A stretch of DNA of 59,073 nucleotides from positions 1-59,073 of IMG/VR virus record IMGVR_UViG_3300034106_001917; one strand, 5' to 3'. A program made the position numbers and the translations under genes. The notes under the pieces were generated by a model. That model saw only the letters and a list, made by a program, of their open reading frames with translations. It was not told the DNA's origin and searched no databases. This document shows, piece by piece, positions 1 through 10,415 of this stretch (its first letter is position 1; every line of letters begins with the position of its first letter). This DNA is from a virus. Lineage: Duplodnaviria > Caudoviricetes.

Positions 1-1293
1 TTTGTTCTTTACGGACAAAATCCAAACTCAGGCACCACAATGATGATTGGTGCATCAAGACTAGCAAGACAACTCAAACTCATTCGACCCTCAATCAAAA
101 TCGTATTCATTGGATCACATGCTTCAGCATTACCATATGATGTGATTGGTTTGCCTTATGTTGATTTTGTATTCATCAACGAAGGTTTATATGGTCTATT
201 AGACTTGCTTCAAACAAATTACAAAGACAATTTAGATAAAGTTCGTGGTCTTGTTTATAAGAAGCATGGATTTGCTGCTACAGGTGCTCCAGGTGAGATT
301 GTAAAAACAGAAGACATGGATCGTGTGATGCCCGGTTATGCTTGGGACTTGTTACCAAAGAAAAGAAAATTACTAGACAAGTATCGGGCTCATTATTGGC
401 ACACAAATTTCTTAGATGAAGATCGTACACCATTTGCTGCTATCTCAACATCACTGGGCTGTTCATTTGGTTGTAACTTCTGTATGATCAATATTGTGAA
501 TCGTACATCATACGAACAAGGAACAGTATCATCAGATTCACGTGGTATGCGTTTCTGGTCACCTGAGTTGATGCTCAAAGAGTTTGAGTATTTGTATGAG
601 AATGGTGTTCGTACTGTGCGTTTGACTGATGAGATGTTCTTTTTGAATAAAAAGTATTACATACCAATTCTAGAAGGCATCAAACAACGTGGTATGGATT
701 TCAACTTTTGGGCATATGCACGTGTTGATTCTGTTCGCAAAGATCAATTAGAATTATTCAAAGAAGCAGGTGTCAATTGGCTATGTCTTGGTATCGAAGC
801 AGCAAATCAAAATGTACGACTTGAGATCGAAAAAGGTAAGTTTGAAGATGTAGATATTCGCCGAGTTGTTGCTGATGTAAAAGCAGCAGACATCAATATT
901 CTTGGCAACTACATGTTTGGTTTTCCAGAAGATACGATGGAGACAATGCAAGAAACACTAGACTTGTCACTTGAGTTGAATACTGAACACGCTAACTTCT
1001 ATGCAGCAATGGCATTACCTGGTAGTCCATTGTACATGTATGCAAAAAATAGTGGTTGGGATTTACCAGAGAAATTTGAAGAGTTTGCATTCTTATCTTA
1101 TGATTGTAAACCGCTACGCACAAAGACATTGACTGGTGCAGAAGTGTTGAAGTTCCGTGATGAAGCATGGCACAAATACTTTTCACATGAGCCATTCTTG
1201 AATCTTGTTGAAACAAAGTTTGGTGCTGATTCAAGACACAACCTTACAGAGATGTCAAAAATAAAATTGAAACGAAAAATACTTGGAGATTGA
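1..1293 (+). CDS. Cobalamin-binding radical SAM protein (5' end runs off the window)
   Basis: Frame is open from base 1 (FVLYGQNPNSGTT-MMIG). Has CxxxCxxC (CSFGCNFC), an N-terminal B12-binding-like region (GSHASALP...FINEG) and class B-type motifs (LGIEA, MFGFPEDT, LPGSPLY). Confidence 0.85.
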   Translation, partial: FVLYGQNPNSGTTMMIGASRLARQLKLIRPSIKIVFIGSHASALPYDVIGLPYVDFVFINEGLYGLLDLLQTNYKDNLDKVRGLVYKKHGFAATGAPGEIVKTEDMDRVMPGYAWDLLPKKRKLLDKYRAHYWHTNFLDEDRTPFAAISTSLGCSFGCNFCMINIVNRTSYEQGTVSSDSRGMRFWSPELMLKEFEYLYENGVRTVRLTDEMFFLNKKYYIPILEGIKQRGMDFNFWAYARVDSVRKDQLELFKEAGVNWLCLGIEAANQNVRLEIEKGKFEDVDIRRVVADVKAADINILGNYMFGFPEDTMETMQETLDLSLELNTEHANFYAAMALPGSPLYMYAKNSGWDLPEKFEEFAFLSYDCKPLRTKTLTGAEVLKFRDEAWHKYFSHEPFLNLVETKFGADSRHNLTEMSKIKLKRKILGD

Positions 1294-1295
1294 TT

Positions 1296-2066
1296 ATGGA
1301 TTTGCAAAGAAAAGCAAACTTATATCGTAAAGAATTATTTGAAAAGTTTGTTGAAGTAAAACAAGGACATCCTGGTTCTACTTTCTCAATGCTAGAGATT
1401 GTTACCACATTGTATCATGGTGGGTATGTTGGCTTTGAAGATAAAGTTATTATCAGCAAGGGTCATGCAACAGTAGCACTGTATCCTATTCTGCGTGACT
1501 TGGATATTATTCCACAAGAAGATTGGGATAATTGGGGTAAAGGTAAACCAACGTGTCTGCGTGTGTTTGGTAACATCTCAATACCAGGCATTGATATGAC
1601 ATCAGGCTCACTTGGGCATGGTATTGGTGTTGGTGCTGGTATGGCAATTGCTGATCCAAACAGTCATGTTCATGTTGTTATCTCAGAAGGTGAACTGTAT
1701 GAAGGCTCGACATGGGAAGCATTGTTGTTTGTTGCACATCGTCAAATCAAAAACATGACAATCTTTATTGACATTAATAATCTTATTATTCTTGGTAAGA
1801 CGGATGATTGTTTGATGCTCAATAGCATTCGTGAGAAGTTGTCTGGTTTCCCGTTTGACATATACTCAGTTGATGGACATAATACAAAAGAAATTACACA
1901 TGCTTTGGATGAAGTAGCATATCAACCAAAGATTATTTTATGTCATACAGTTAAAGGTAAAGGCTTCTCATTGATGGAGAACAAACCTGAATGGCATTAT
2001 ATGCAAGCAATTACACCAGAACAAATTGAACAGTGCCGTAAGGAGATTAATGATGCTACAGCGTGA
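1296..2066 (+). CDS. Transketolase, N-terminal TPP-binding subunit (split enzyme)
   Basis: GHPGS, ISKGHA, SGSLGHG, TPP motif variant SEGELYEG...N, VDGHN, HTVKGKG. ATG at 1296 follows GGAG. Confidence 0.9.
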   Translation: MDLQRKANLYRKELFEKFVEVKQGHPGSTFSMLEIVTTLYHGGYVGFEDKVIISKGHATVALYPILRDLDIIPQEDWDNWGKGKPTCLRVFGNISIPGIDMTSGSLGHGIGVGAGMAIADPNSHVHVVISEGELYEGSTWEALLFVAHRQIKNMTIFIDINNLIILGKTDDCLMLNSIREKLSGFPFDIYSVDGHNTKEITHALDEVAYQPKIILCHTVKGKGFSLMENKPEWHYMQAITPEQIEQCRKEINDATA

Positions 2067-2970
2067 TGCATTTATTGAAGAAATAAGCAAAAGATTACAA
2101 ACAGACAGAGACATTTATTTTTTGTCAGCAGATTTTGGTGCAGCAGCACTAGATTCTCTGCGTGAAATGTATCCAGATAACTTCATTCATTGTGGTATCT
2201 CAGAACAAGCAATGATTGACATTGCAACTGGTCTTGCACTTCAAGGTAAAAAAGTATTTTGTTATGCAATGGCACCATTCATCTCTCTTCGTGCAATTGA
2301 ACAAATCAAGTGTGGACCATCGATGATGAATCTACCAATTGCTATTCTTTCAGTTGGTATTGGTATTGGTTATGCCGATGCTGGTCCTACACATTACATT
2401 ACTGAAGACTTTGCATGTATGCGTTCAATTCTCAATCTGAATGTCTATACATTGGCAGATGCAAGTTCTGCAAAAAGATTAGCAAATAGTCTCTTAGACA
2501 ATCCCGAATTGTGTTATGTTCGTTTTGATCGACATGAACAACCAGAACTACCTGTAACCAACTTTACACAAGACTTGACTTATCGTTTGATGGGTGACAC
2601 AGTTACTTCAGAGAAAGTTCTTGTGATTGGTTCAGGTAAGATGTCACACATCATTGCTGATGTCTATAAAGAAACTTCAGATAAAGTTGTTGGTATTGAT
2701 TTGATTCGTGCCAAACCATTTCCTAATACACTGAATATGTTGTTAGAAGAATGTGGTGGTGTAATTGTAGTTGATGAACAAACACCATGCGGTTCTTTGG
2801 GTGCCGCTGTGCTTGAAGCAATGTCGCAGAGAAACTCACTCAATAAAAAAGTAAAAGTAATCACACTACCAGAAGAGTATTTGTTTGAGAATGGTGGTCG
2901 TGAATATCTACTAAAGAAACACGGTTTGAGCAAAGAAAATATTCTGAAAACACTCAATGATAATTTCTAG
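2050..2970 (+). CDS. Transketolase, C-terminal subunit
   Basis: LSADFG, GISEQAMI, GPTHY..ED, YVRF. ATG at 2050 follows AGGAG at 2041. Confidence 0.9.
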   Translation: MMLQRDAFIEEISKRLQTDRDIYFLSADFGAAALDSLREMYPDNFIHCGISEQAMIDIATGLALQGKKVFCYAMAPFISLRAIEQIKCGPSMMNLPIAILSVGIGIGYADAGPTHYITEDFACMRSILNLNVYTLADASSAKRLANSLLDNPELCYVRFDRHEQPELPVTNFTQDLTYRLMGDTVTSEKVLVIGSGKMSHIIADVYKETSDKVVGIDLIRAKPFPNTLNMLLEECGGVIVVDEQTPCGSLGAAVLEAMSQRNSLNKKVKVITLPEEYLFENGGREYLLKKHGLSKENILKTLNDNF

Positions 2971-3940
2971 AACACCATACAGACTATCACTGTTTGGTGG
3001 TGGAACAGATTATCCAGATTGGTTTCAATCAAGGCAGACTAAGGTAATATCTGCCGCTATGGCGCATTATTGCTACATAAATTTAAAAAAGTTACCGCCT
3101 TATTTTGATTATGTAAATAGAGTTATCTACTCTAAAATAGAAAGTGTATCTGATGTTTCGCAAATAGAGCATCCTTCTGTAAGGGAGTGTTTAAAATACT
3201 ATGGCATACCTAACGGCGTTTCTATTACTCACGATGGCGATCTTCCTGCTCGTTCTGGCATTGGATCATCTTCTTCATTTACTGTTGGACTGATTCACGC
3301 TATACTGACATCACAAGGTAAGTTGCCTACACCATATGGTTTGGCAATGGATGCTATCAATATAGAACAAAACTATATTGGTGAGTCTGTTGGTGTTCAA
3401 GATCAAATCATGGCTGCGTACGGTGGCATTCGTGTCATTGAACTTTCTGGTGCAAACATGCATGTTCGTGACCTGAGAATCAAAGACGATTATGTTTTAG
3501 ATTTAGAAGATCATATCATGTTGGGTTTTTCTGGCATTGACAGATTTTCAAATGTTCATGCTAAACAACAGATTGATGCTATCAAAGAGGGTAAATCTAA
3601 AAAGCTTCTTGAAGAAATTACAACAATTACCGAAACAGCATTGCATATTCTTGAGAATCATGGTAAAATAAAAGAGATAGGTGAATTGCTGAAGTATCAG
3701 TGGAGCCGTAAGCGTGAACTTACAGATAGTGTTACAACTGATTACATAGATACAATATACAACAAAGCAATCAATGCTGGTGCATATGGTGGTAAGTTGA
3801 TGGGTGCAGGTGGTGGTGGATTCTTTATGTTTCTTGCACCACCAGATACACATCAAAAGATAAAAGAAGCAATACCTGGAATCAATGTATGGGTGCCTTT
3901 CAAGTTTGATTTTGAAGGCTCAAAAATTATTATGGAGTAA
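2957..3940 (+). CDS. GHMP kinase, HddA-like (heptose-7-phosphate kinase family)
   Basis: ISRTPYRLSLFGGGTDYP, LPARSGIGSSSS, GVQDQ, GKLMGAGGGGF. Confidence 0.88.
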   Translation: MIISRTPYRLSLFGGGTDYPDWFQSRQTKVISAAMAHYCYINLKKLPPYFDYVNRVIYSKIESVSDVSQIEHPSVRECLKYYGIPNGVSITHDGDLPARSGIGSSSSFTVGLIHAILTSQGKLPTPYGLAMDAINIEQNYIGESVGVQDQIMAAYGGIRVIELSGANMHVRDLRIKDDYVLDLEDHIMLGFSGIDRFSNVHAKQQIDAIKEGKSKKLLEEITTITETALHILENHGKIKEIGELLKYQWSRKRELTDSVTTDYIDTIYNKAINAGAYGGKLMGAGGGGFFMFLAPPDTHQKIKEAIPGINVWVPFKFDFEGSKIIME

Positions 3941-5118
3941 TGATGAAGTATCCTTTAATGTCAGACAATATTACTAGAGAAGATTTAGATTTGGTAATAG
4001 AACATCTAAAAAAAGATAATCCTAAACTTACAAATGGACCAGAGTGCCGTGCTTTTGAAGAAGCATGGAGTAAATGGCTTGGTGTAAAGTATTCTGTGTT
4101 TGTCAACTCAGGTGCTTCTGCAAATCTGTTGTCAATGACAATGTTGAAGATCAAACATCCAGAGGGTGGTGAAGTTATCGTGCCACCATTCACATGGGTG
4201 TCTGATATTGCTTCTATACTTCAATGTGGTTTTACTCCAGTGTTTGTGGATATTGATTTAGATACACTTGGTATGAATGAGTTTGGCATACTCAATGCAA
4301 TCACTGACAAGACACGTGCAGTCTTTATTACATATGCACAAGGCTTTGATTGCTTATCTCCTAGAGTATTAGAAGTTCTACGTCATCGTAAAATACCTTT
4401 GATTGAAGACGTTTGTGAATCACACGGTGCAACACACAACGGTAAATTGTTGGGAAGTTATGGTTGGATGTCTAACTTCTCTTTCTACTTTGCACATCAC
4501 ATGTCTACTATTGAAGGTGGTATGGTGTGTACAAATGATCCTGAAGTGTATCACACAGTTCGTATGCTTCGTTCACACGGTATGGTTCGTGAATGTGGTG
4601 ACTGGATAATGGCTGACAAATATAAAGCAGAATATCCAGAGTTGAATTCAGACTTCATATTTGCCTATGCTGCCTACAATATGCGTAACAATGAAATTGG
4701 CGGTATACTTGGGCAAAATCAGTTGAAACATTTGGATGAAAATGTTAAACTACGAAATGAGAATCTATTTTACTTCTTGTCAAAACTAGATCAAAAGAAA
4801 TATAAGGTTGACTTTAGATTGATTGGTTGCAGTAACTATGCGTTCAACATTGTTTTACAGCCAGAGTATGCAAACAAAGAGTTCGTAGAGAGATTGATGG
4901 GCAAGATGCGTGATGAACAAATTGAGTTTCGTCGTGGCTCTGCTGGTGGTGGTAATCAACTACGTCAACCATACTTGAAAAACATTGTGCCAGAAGATCA
5001 TTACAAGAAATTTCCAAATACTGATCACATGCACTTTTATTCTTTTTACATTGGTAACTATCCAACATTAAGTAAAACAGCAATTGATGAAATCACAAGC
5101 GTATTGAATAGGGTATAA
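3940..5118 (+). CDS. DegT/DnrJ-fold PLP enzyme, ColD/E1-like NDP-4-keto-6-deoxysugar 3-dehydratase
   Basis: VNSGASAN and IEDVCESHGA. SFYFAHHMSTIEGG has His in place of the aminotransferase Schiff-base Lys. Confidence 0.8.
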   Translation: MMKYPLMSDNITREDLDLVIEHLKKDNPKLTNGPECRAFEEAWSKWLGVKYSVFVNSGASANLLSMTMLKIKHPEGGEVIVPPFTWVSDIASILQCGFTPVFVDIDLDTLGMNEFGILNAITDKTRAVFITYAQGFDCLSPRVLEVLRHRKIPLIEDVCESHGATHNGKLLGSYGWMSNFSFYFAHHMSTIEGGMVCTNDPEVYHTVRMLRSHGMVRECGDWIMADKYKAEYPELNSDFIFAYAAYNMRNNEIGGILGQNQLKHLDENVKLRNENLFYFLSKLDQKKYKVDFRLIGCSNYAFNIVLQPEYANKEFVERLMGKMRDEQIEFRRGSAGGGNQLRQPYLKNIVPEDHYKKFPNTDHMHFYSFYIGNYPTLSKTAIDEITSVLNRV

Positions 5119-5119
5119 T

Positions 5120-6052
5120 ATGAATATATTAGTGACTGGTGGTGCTGGCTATATTGGCTGCATTCTAACAGAATATTTGTTACAGATGGGTCATGAAGTG
5201 ACTGTCATTGACAACTTCATGTATAAGCAAATTGGATTGAGTCATCTTTGTGAAAACAAAAAACTTACTATTGTAAATGGTGACATTCGTAATCCACATC
5301 ACATGACACCTCTGTTGAAAAAAGCAGATGTGATTATACCTCTTGCTGCTCTTGTTGGTGCGCCGCTGTGTAACAAAGATGTTGTTGGTGCAGATACAAC
5401 AAACAAAGATGCAATGTTCTGGATGTTGAACAGCGTTTCAAATGAACAGCGTATCATTATGCCTACAACAAATTCGGCGTATGGCACAGGTGACGAAAAC
5501 AATTTCTGTACAGAAGAATCACCACTGCGACCAATCTCAAAGTATGCAATCGATAAAGTTGCAGTTGAAGAACGACTGATGCAACGTGAGAATTCTATCA
5601 GTTATCGGCTTGCTACAGTGTTTGGTATGTCACCACGTATGCGTACAGATTTGCTAGTAAATGATTTAGTTTATCGTGCAGTCAATGATGGTTATGTAAT
5701 TATCTTTGAAGGACATTTCAAACGTAATTATATTCACGTGCGTGATGTGTGTGAGGCATTTCTTCATGCGATGTATCAGTTTGAAGAGATGAAGAGTAAC
5801 ATCTACAATGTGGGCTTATCATCGGCCAACGTGTCTAAACTAGAACTCTGTGACATTATCAAGAAACACATTCCAAGTTTCACAGTTGTGGAAGGTGATA
5901 TCAAGAAAGATCCAGATCAACGTAACTACATTGTCTCTAATGAAAAGTTAGAAGCAACTGGTTGGATGCCTTACTACACACTAGATAATGGTGTAGAAGA
6001 ACTCATCAAGGGTTATACATACTTGAAGAATAATATTTACGGTAATGTATAA
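5120..6052 (+). CDS. NAD-dependent sugar epimerase/dehydratase (extended SDR)
   Basis: TGGAGYIG, YAIDK (YxxxK), RLATVFG, RNYIHVRD. Confidence 0.9.
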   Translation: MNILVTGGAGYIGCILTEYLLQMGHEVTVIDNFMYKQIGLSHLCENKKLTIVNGDIRNPHHMTPLLKKADVIIPLAALVGAPLCNKDVVGADTTNKDAMFWMLNSVSNEQRIIMPTTNSAYGTGDENNFCTEESPLRPISKYAIDKVAVEERLMQRENSISYRLATVFGMSPRMRTDLLVNDLVYRAVNDGYVIIFEGHFKRNYIHVRDVCEAFLHAMYQFEEMKSNIYNVGLSSANVSKLELCDIIKKHIPSFTVVEGDIKKDPDQRNYIVSNEKLEATGWMPYYTLDNGVEELIKGYTYLKNNIYGNV

Positions 6053-6591
6053 TGACCACATCAAATCACTACGTCAATAATGCAGATTTTCTGGCAGCAC
6101 TTGTCAAGTATCGGACAGATTGTGCTACCGCTAAAGAAAAAAACAAACCAGAACCAAAGATACCTGATTACATTGGTGAATGCTTTCTAAAGATTGCAGA
6201 ACATCTATCACGTAAACCAAACTTTATCTCATACACATATCGTGATGAGATGATATCGGATGGTGTAGAAAACTGTCTGATGTATTTTCGTAACTTTGAT
6301 CCTGCTAAGTCTAAGAATCCATTTGCTTACTTCACACAGATAATTTACTATGCCTTTCTGCGTAGAATTATGCGTGAGAAGAAACAACTGTATGTGAAGT
6401 ACAAAGCCACACAGCAGTTTGGTTTACTTGACGAAGGTGAGATGTATGAAGATGAAAATGGCAACATGAAACAGTTTGAGTTATATGACAACATCTCAGA
6501 GTTCATTCATAACTTTGAGGAAAACAAGAAGAAGAAAAAGGAAAAGAAGTCAGAGGGGCTTGAACAGTTTCTAGATGATGATGTAGAATAG
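6052..6591 (+). CDS. gp55: T4-like late-transcription sigma factor gp55
   Basis: HYVNN..F, YTYRDEMISDG.ENC, NPFAYFTQI, acidic C-terminal tail (LEQFLDDD); lies upstream of gp47/gp46. Confidence 0.95.
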   Translation: MTTSNHYVNNADFLAALVKYRTDCATAKEKNKPEPKIPDYIGECFLKIAEHLSRKPNFISYTYRDEMISDGVENCLMYFRNFDPAKSKNPFAYFTQIIYYAFLRRIMREKKQLYVKYKATQQFGLLDEGEMYEDENGNMKQFELYDNISEFIHNFEENKKKKKEKKSEGLEQFLDDDVE

Positions 6592-6605
6592 ATTGGAGTT
6601 ATAGT

Positions 6606-7067
6606 ATGATAATTGTGCCAGATGATATGATAGGTAAACCAGTAGGCTTTACTTGTTCGACTTTTGATTTGTTACACGCAGGACATATTCTTATGCTTGC
6701 CGAGTGTAAGCAAGTGTGTGATCATTTGATTGTTGGATTACAAACTGATCCAACCATAGATCGACCAGATACCAAAAACAAACCAATTCAATCAGTCGTT
6801 GAACGTTATGTTCAATTGTCTGCCGTAAAGTATGTAGATTCAATCGTTGTATATGAAACAGAAAAAGACCTAGAAGATTTGTTGATGTTTCTTCCAATCA
6901 CCATTCGCATTTGTGGTGAAGAATATGAAAACAAACATCTAACTGGCAAAGATATTTGTGACAGAAGAGGAATCAAAACTTACTATAACTCCAGAAAGCA
7001 TAGATTTAGTTCTACCGAGTTGAGATATAGAATTCACAAAACTGAAGAAGACAAGAAATACAAATGA
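6606..7067 (+). CDS. Cytidylyltransferase (TagD/RfaE-II-like, HIGH family)
   Basis: STFDLLHAGH, LIVGLQTD, RFSSTELR. Confidence 0.85.
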   Translation: MIIVPDDMIGKPVGFTCSTFDLLHAGHILMLAECKQVCDHLIVGLQTDPTIDRPDTKNKPIQSVVERYVQLSAVKYVDSIVVYETEKDLEDLLMFLPITIRICGEEYENKHLTGKDICDRRGIKTYYNSRKHRFSSTELRYRIHKTEEDKKYK

Positions 7068-8140
7068 AAATATGTGTATTGGGTGATACTCATTTTGGAA
7101 TGAGAGGGGATTCTTTAGATTTTCATAAATACATTGAGAAGTTCTACGATAACGTGTTCTTCCCATATCTAAAGGATCACAATGTTACAACCGTTGTACA
7201 ACTTGGTGATCTTTTCGACCGCCGTAAGTTTATTAACTTCAATTCACTCTATTTGTGTCGTAAATATTTCTTTGATAAACTACAACAAAATGGCATCACG
7301 TTCATCACATTTCTTGGTAACCACGATGTTGCGTTCAAAAACACCCTTCAGGTTAATTCCTCCACGTTACTCTTAAACGGGTATGATAATATTACTGTAC
7401 TGGATACTTTTACTACAATGCAGTTTGGGGGCATTGATGTTGATCTGGTACCTTGGATCTGTGACGATAACGAAGTTGAAACTCTTCAAAAGATAAAAGA
7501 CTCTAAGTCACAGATTGCTTTTGGTCATTTTGAAATAGCAGGCTTTGAAATGGATCGTGGCAACATCTGTCACGAAGGCACAGACAAATCAATATTCAAT
7601 AAGTATGATGTAGTTTTATCTGGTCACTTTCATCATCGTTCTGATGATGGTCATATCTATTATGTTGGTTCACCAAATGAAATGACATGGGCAGATTACA
7701 ACGATCCACGTGGGTTTGTTATCTTTGACACTCACACACGTGAACAAGAGTTTATTCCTAATCCTTACAAAATGTTTCATAAGTTGAGTTACAATGATGA
7801 ACTCGAACACTTTGCTGAGGGATATAAATCAAAATTCATGGACTATTCAATCTATGAAGGTTGTTATGTCAAGGTTGTGGTAGTCAACAAACTAAATCCG
7901 TTTCTATTTGACTTTGTGATTGATAGCATATACAAAGCGGGTGCGGCTGATGTATCAATTGTAGAAGACTTTTCCGATACAACAAACGATGTTGATCAAG
8001 AATTGGTAGATCAGGCAGAAGATACGGTAACAATACTGTCTAAGTACATAGATAATTTGACACTCAATGTTGAAAATGATAAACTGAAAAGTCTCATGCG
8101 TGAACTTTACGTGGAAGCATTGAACACAGAAATTGAATGA
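7064..8140 (+). CDS. gp47: Recombination endonuclease subunit gp47 (Mre11/SbcD-like)
   Basis: GDTHFG, LGDLFD, GNHD and SGHFH metallophosphoesterase motifs; adjacent to gp46. Confidence 0.95.
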   Translation: MKICVLGDTHFGMRGDSLDFHKYIEKFYDNVFFPYLKDHNVTTVVQLGDLFDRRKFINFNSLYLCRKYFFDKLQQNGITFITFLGNHDVAFKNTLQVNSSTLLLNGYDNITVLDTFTTMQFGGIDVDLVPWICDDNEVETLQKIKDSKSQIAFGHFEIAGFEMDRGNICHEGTDKSIFNKYDVVLSGHFHHRSDDGHIYYVGSPNEMTWADYNDPRGFVIFDTHTREQEFIPNPYKMFHKLSYNDELEHFAEGYKSKFMDYSIYEGCYVKVVVVNKLNPFLFDFVIDSIYKAGAADVSIVEDFSDTTNDVDQELVDQAEDTVTILSKYIDNLTLNVENDKLKSLMRELYVEALNTEIE

Positions 8141-9846
8141 TATTATTTAAAAATCTTCGTTGGAAGAATCTATTATCCACAGGCAATTACTTTACCGAGG
8201 TAGCACTCAACAGTAACGCCAATACACTAATCGTTGGCACAAATGGCTCAGGCAAGTCAACAATGCTTGACGCTCTGTGTTTTGCTTTATTTGGTAAACC
8301 ATTTCGCAATGTCAACAAACCAAATCTGTTGAATAGCATTAATGGTAGAGATTGTGTTGTTGAGATAGAATTTTCTATTGGTAATAAAGAGTATAAGATT
8401 GTTCGTGGTATTAAACCAAACATCTTTGAAATTTATCAAGACAAAGTTTTGCTGAATCAAGATGCGGCTGTAAGAGATTATCAAGACTATCTAGAGAGGT
8501 TTATTCTCAAACTAAACTACAAGTCTTTTACACAGATTGTTATTCTTGGTTCAGCATCCTTTACACCATTCATGCAGTTATCTTCTGCTGATCGTCGTGC
8601 GATCATTGAGGATTTGTTAGACATTCAAATCTTCTCTACAATGAATGGTTTAGTAAAAGAAAGACTGTCAAACAATAAAGACTTAACTGTAGAAAAAAAG
8701 AATGATGTATCACTATTGTTTCAAAAATATGAGTTGAAGAAAGAGCATCAAGACAAACTCATTCAAGACAACGAAGAGAAGGTAAAAGAGTATGAGAAAG
8801 AGATACTTCTGTATAGAGAAACCATACGCACCTTACATGATGACATTAACAACTTGGAGCAAACCAAGCAAACCTTATCGGAAATCTGTGCTAAAATTCC
8901 TGAGAATGAAAAGAAGATTACTTCGTTTAAAAAAGTTGAATCTCAGATTGAAAGCAAAATATCCAAAGTGGGTACGGATAGAGAGTTCTATGAACACAAT
9001 GCTGATTGTCCAACCTGTAGGCAAGCCATTACCTTGGAGTTTAAAGAGGGGCAAATGGTCGAACTTCTATCAAAAGAACATGAACTCATTAATGGTTTGA
9101 CAGAACTTCAAGCAAAAATTACAGCACAAGAAAATATTGTTGCCGAACTGCGTGAGAAAGAAAAAGAATTATCAAATGTTCGTATTCAGTTAGCCACGAC
9201 ACAGACCAGTGTAAAAGGTTTAAATGATTCAATTACGAAATTACAAAAACAAATTGAACAGGTAGGAAAAATAAAACAAGAAAACATTGATGAGAGTGAA
9301 TTGAAAACAATCCAAAATCAAATTGAAGAAGCACAGAAAGAACTCAAAGTTTTAATTGAAGAAAAATCTTATCTTGACGTTGCTTCAGTATTACTTAAAG
9401 ACACTGGCATCAAAACAAATATCATCAAACAATATCTGCCCGTGATAAACAAGTTGGTAAACAAGTATTTGACAAGCATGGATTTCTTTGTGAACTTCAA
9501 TCTTGATGAATCGTTTAAAGAAACAATTAAGTCACGCCATCGTGATGACTTTTCTTATCACAACTTCTCAGAAGGTGAGAAACAAAGAATCGATATGGCA
9601 TTGATGTTGACATGGAGAGCAATTGCTAAGTTAAAGAACTCTACCAATACAAATCTTTTGATACTTGATGAAGTGTTCGACTCAAGTTTAGATAGCACAG
9701 GCACTGAAGAATTGATGAAGATTCTTCACAGTTTAGATGATGTAAATCTATTTGTAATTAGTCACAAAGGTGATATACTACAAGATAAGTTTGCGAACAC
9801 AATTAGGTTTGATAAGATTAAAAACTTTTCAAGGATAGTGAAATGA
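8137..9846 (+). CDS. gp46: Recombination endonuclease subunit gp46 (Rad50/SbcC-like)
   Basis: Walker A GTNGSGKS, coiled coil with CPTC zinc hook, FSEGEK signature, LILDEVFD, ISH. Confidence 0.95.
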   Translation: MILFKNLRWKNLLSTGNYFTEVALNSNANTLIVGTNGSGKSTMLDALCFALFGKPFRNVNKPNLLNSINGRDCVVEIEFSIGNKEYKIVRGIKPNIFEIYQDKVLLNQDAAVRDYQDYLERFILKLNYKSFTQIVILGSASFTPFMQLSSADRRAIIEDLLDIQIFSTMNGLVKERLSNNKDLTVEKKNDVSLLFQKYELKKEHQDKLIQDNEEKVKEYEKEILLYRETIRTLHDDINNLEQTKQTLSEICAKIPENEKKITSFKKVESQIESKISKVGTDREFYEHNADCPTCRQAITLEFKEGQMVELLSKEHELINGLTELQAKITAQENIVAELREKEKELSNVRIQLATTQTSVKGLNDSITKLQKQIEQVGKIKQENIDESELKTIQNQIEEAQKELKVLIEEKSYLDVASVLLKDTGIKTNIIKQYLPVINKLVNKYLTSMDFFVNFNLDESFKETIKSRHRDDFSYHNFSEGEKQRIDMALMLTWRAIAKLKNSTNTNLLILDEVFDSSLDSTGTEELMKILHSLDDVNLFVISHKGDILQDKFANTIRFDKIKNFSRIVK

Positions 9847-10415
9847 GTGAGATATTAACAATTGATACTTCTGCTGGAATACAGCAGATAGAAAAGGTTG
9901 ATCCTTTACGTGTTTTTGGTGAAGACTATTTTATGCTTGGGCAAAAGATACCAGAATACAGTGGTGGATTTCCAGCGCCGGCGTTAGTGACATTAGCCAA
10001 AAGATTGAAGATGACAATGAAACTGTATGCTGGTTTAGGTTTGTCTGCCAATCAATGTGGTGTTGCTGAAAGAATGTTTGTTATTGGCACAGAAGAGTTT
10101 CAGTTAGTGTGTATCAATCCCAAAATCATTGATCAAGGGCCTTTAGTAAAAGATAAAGAAGGTTGTCTTTCTTTTCCTGGTTTGTTTTTGAATGTCGATA
10201 GACCCTCATGGATTGAGGTAGAGTTTACAGATGAAAATGGTAACGTAAATCAAGTAAAACTTCATGGATTATCTGCACGTTGTTTTCTTCATGAACTTGA
10301 TCATTTGAACGGAATAAGATATACTAATCTTGTAAAACCACTTGCATTGAAAATGGCAAGACAAAAGGCAAACAAAATCGTAAAGAAAATTGTAAGGGAA
10401 AATAAAAAACAATGA
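9843..10415 (+). CDS. def: Peptide deformylase
   Basis: GLGLSANQCG, EGCLS, HELDHLNG. Confidence 0.93.
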   Translation: MSEILTIDTSAGIQQIEKVDPLRVFGEDYFMLGQKIPEYSGGFPAPALVTLAKRLKMTMKLYAGLGLSANQCGVAERMFVIGTEEFQLVCINPKIIDQGPLVKDKEGCLSFPGLFLNVDRPSWIEVEFTDENGNVNQVKLHGLSARCFLHELDHLNGIRYTNLVKPLALKMARQKANKIVKKIVRENKKQ

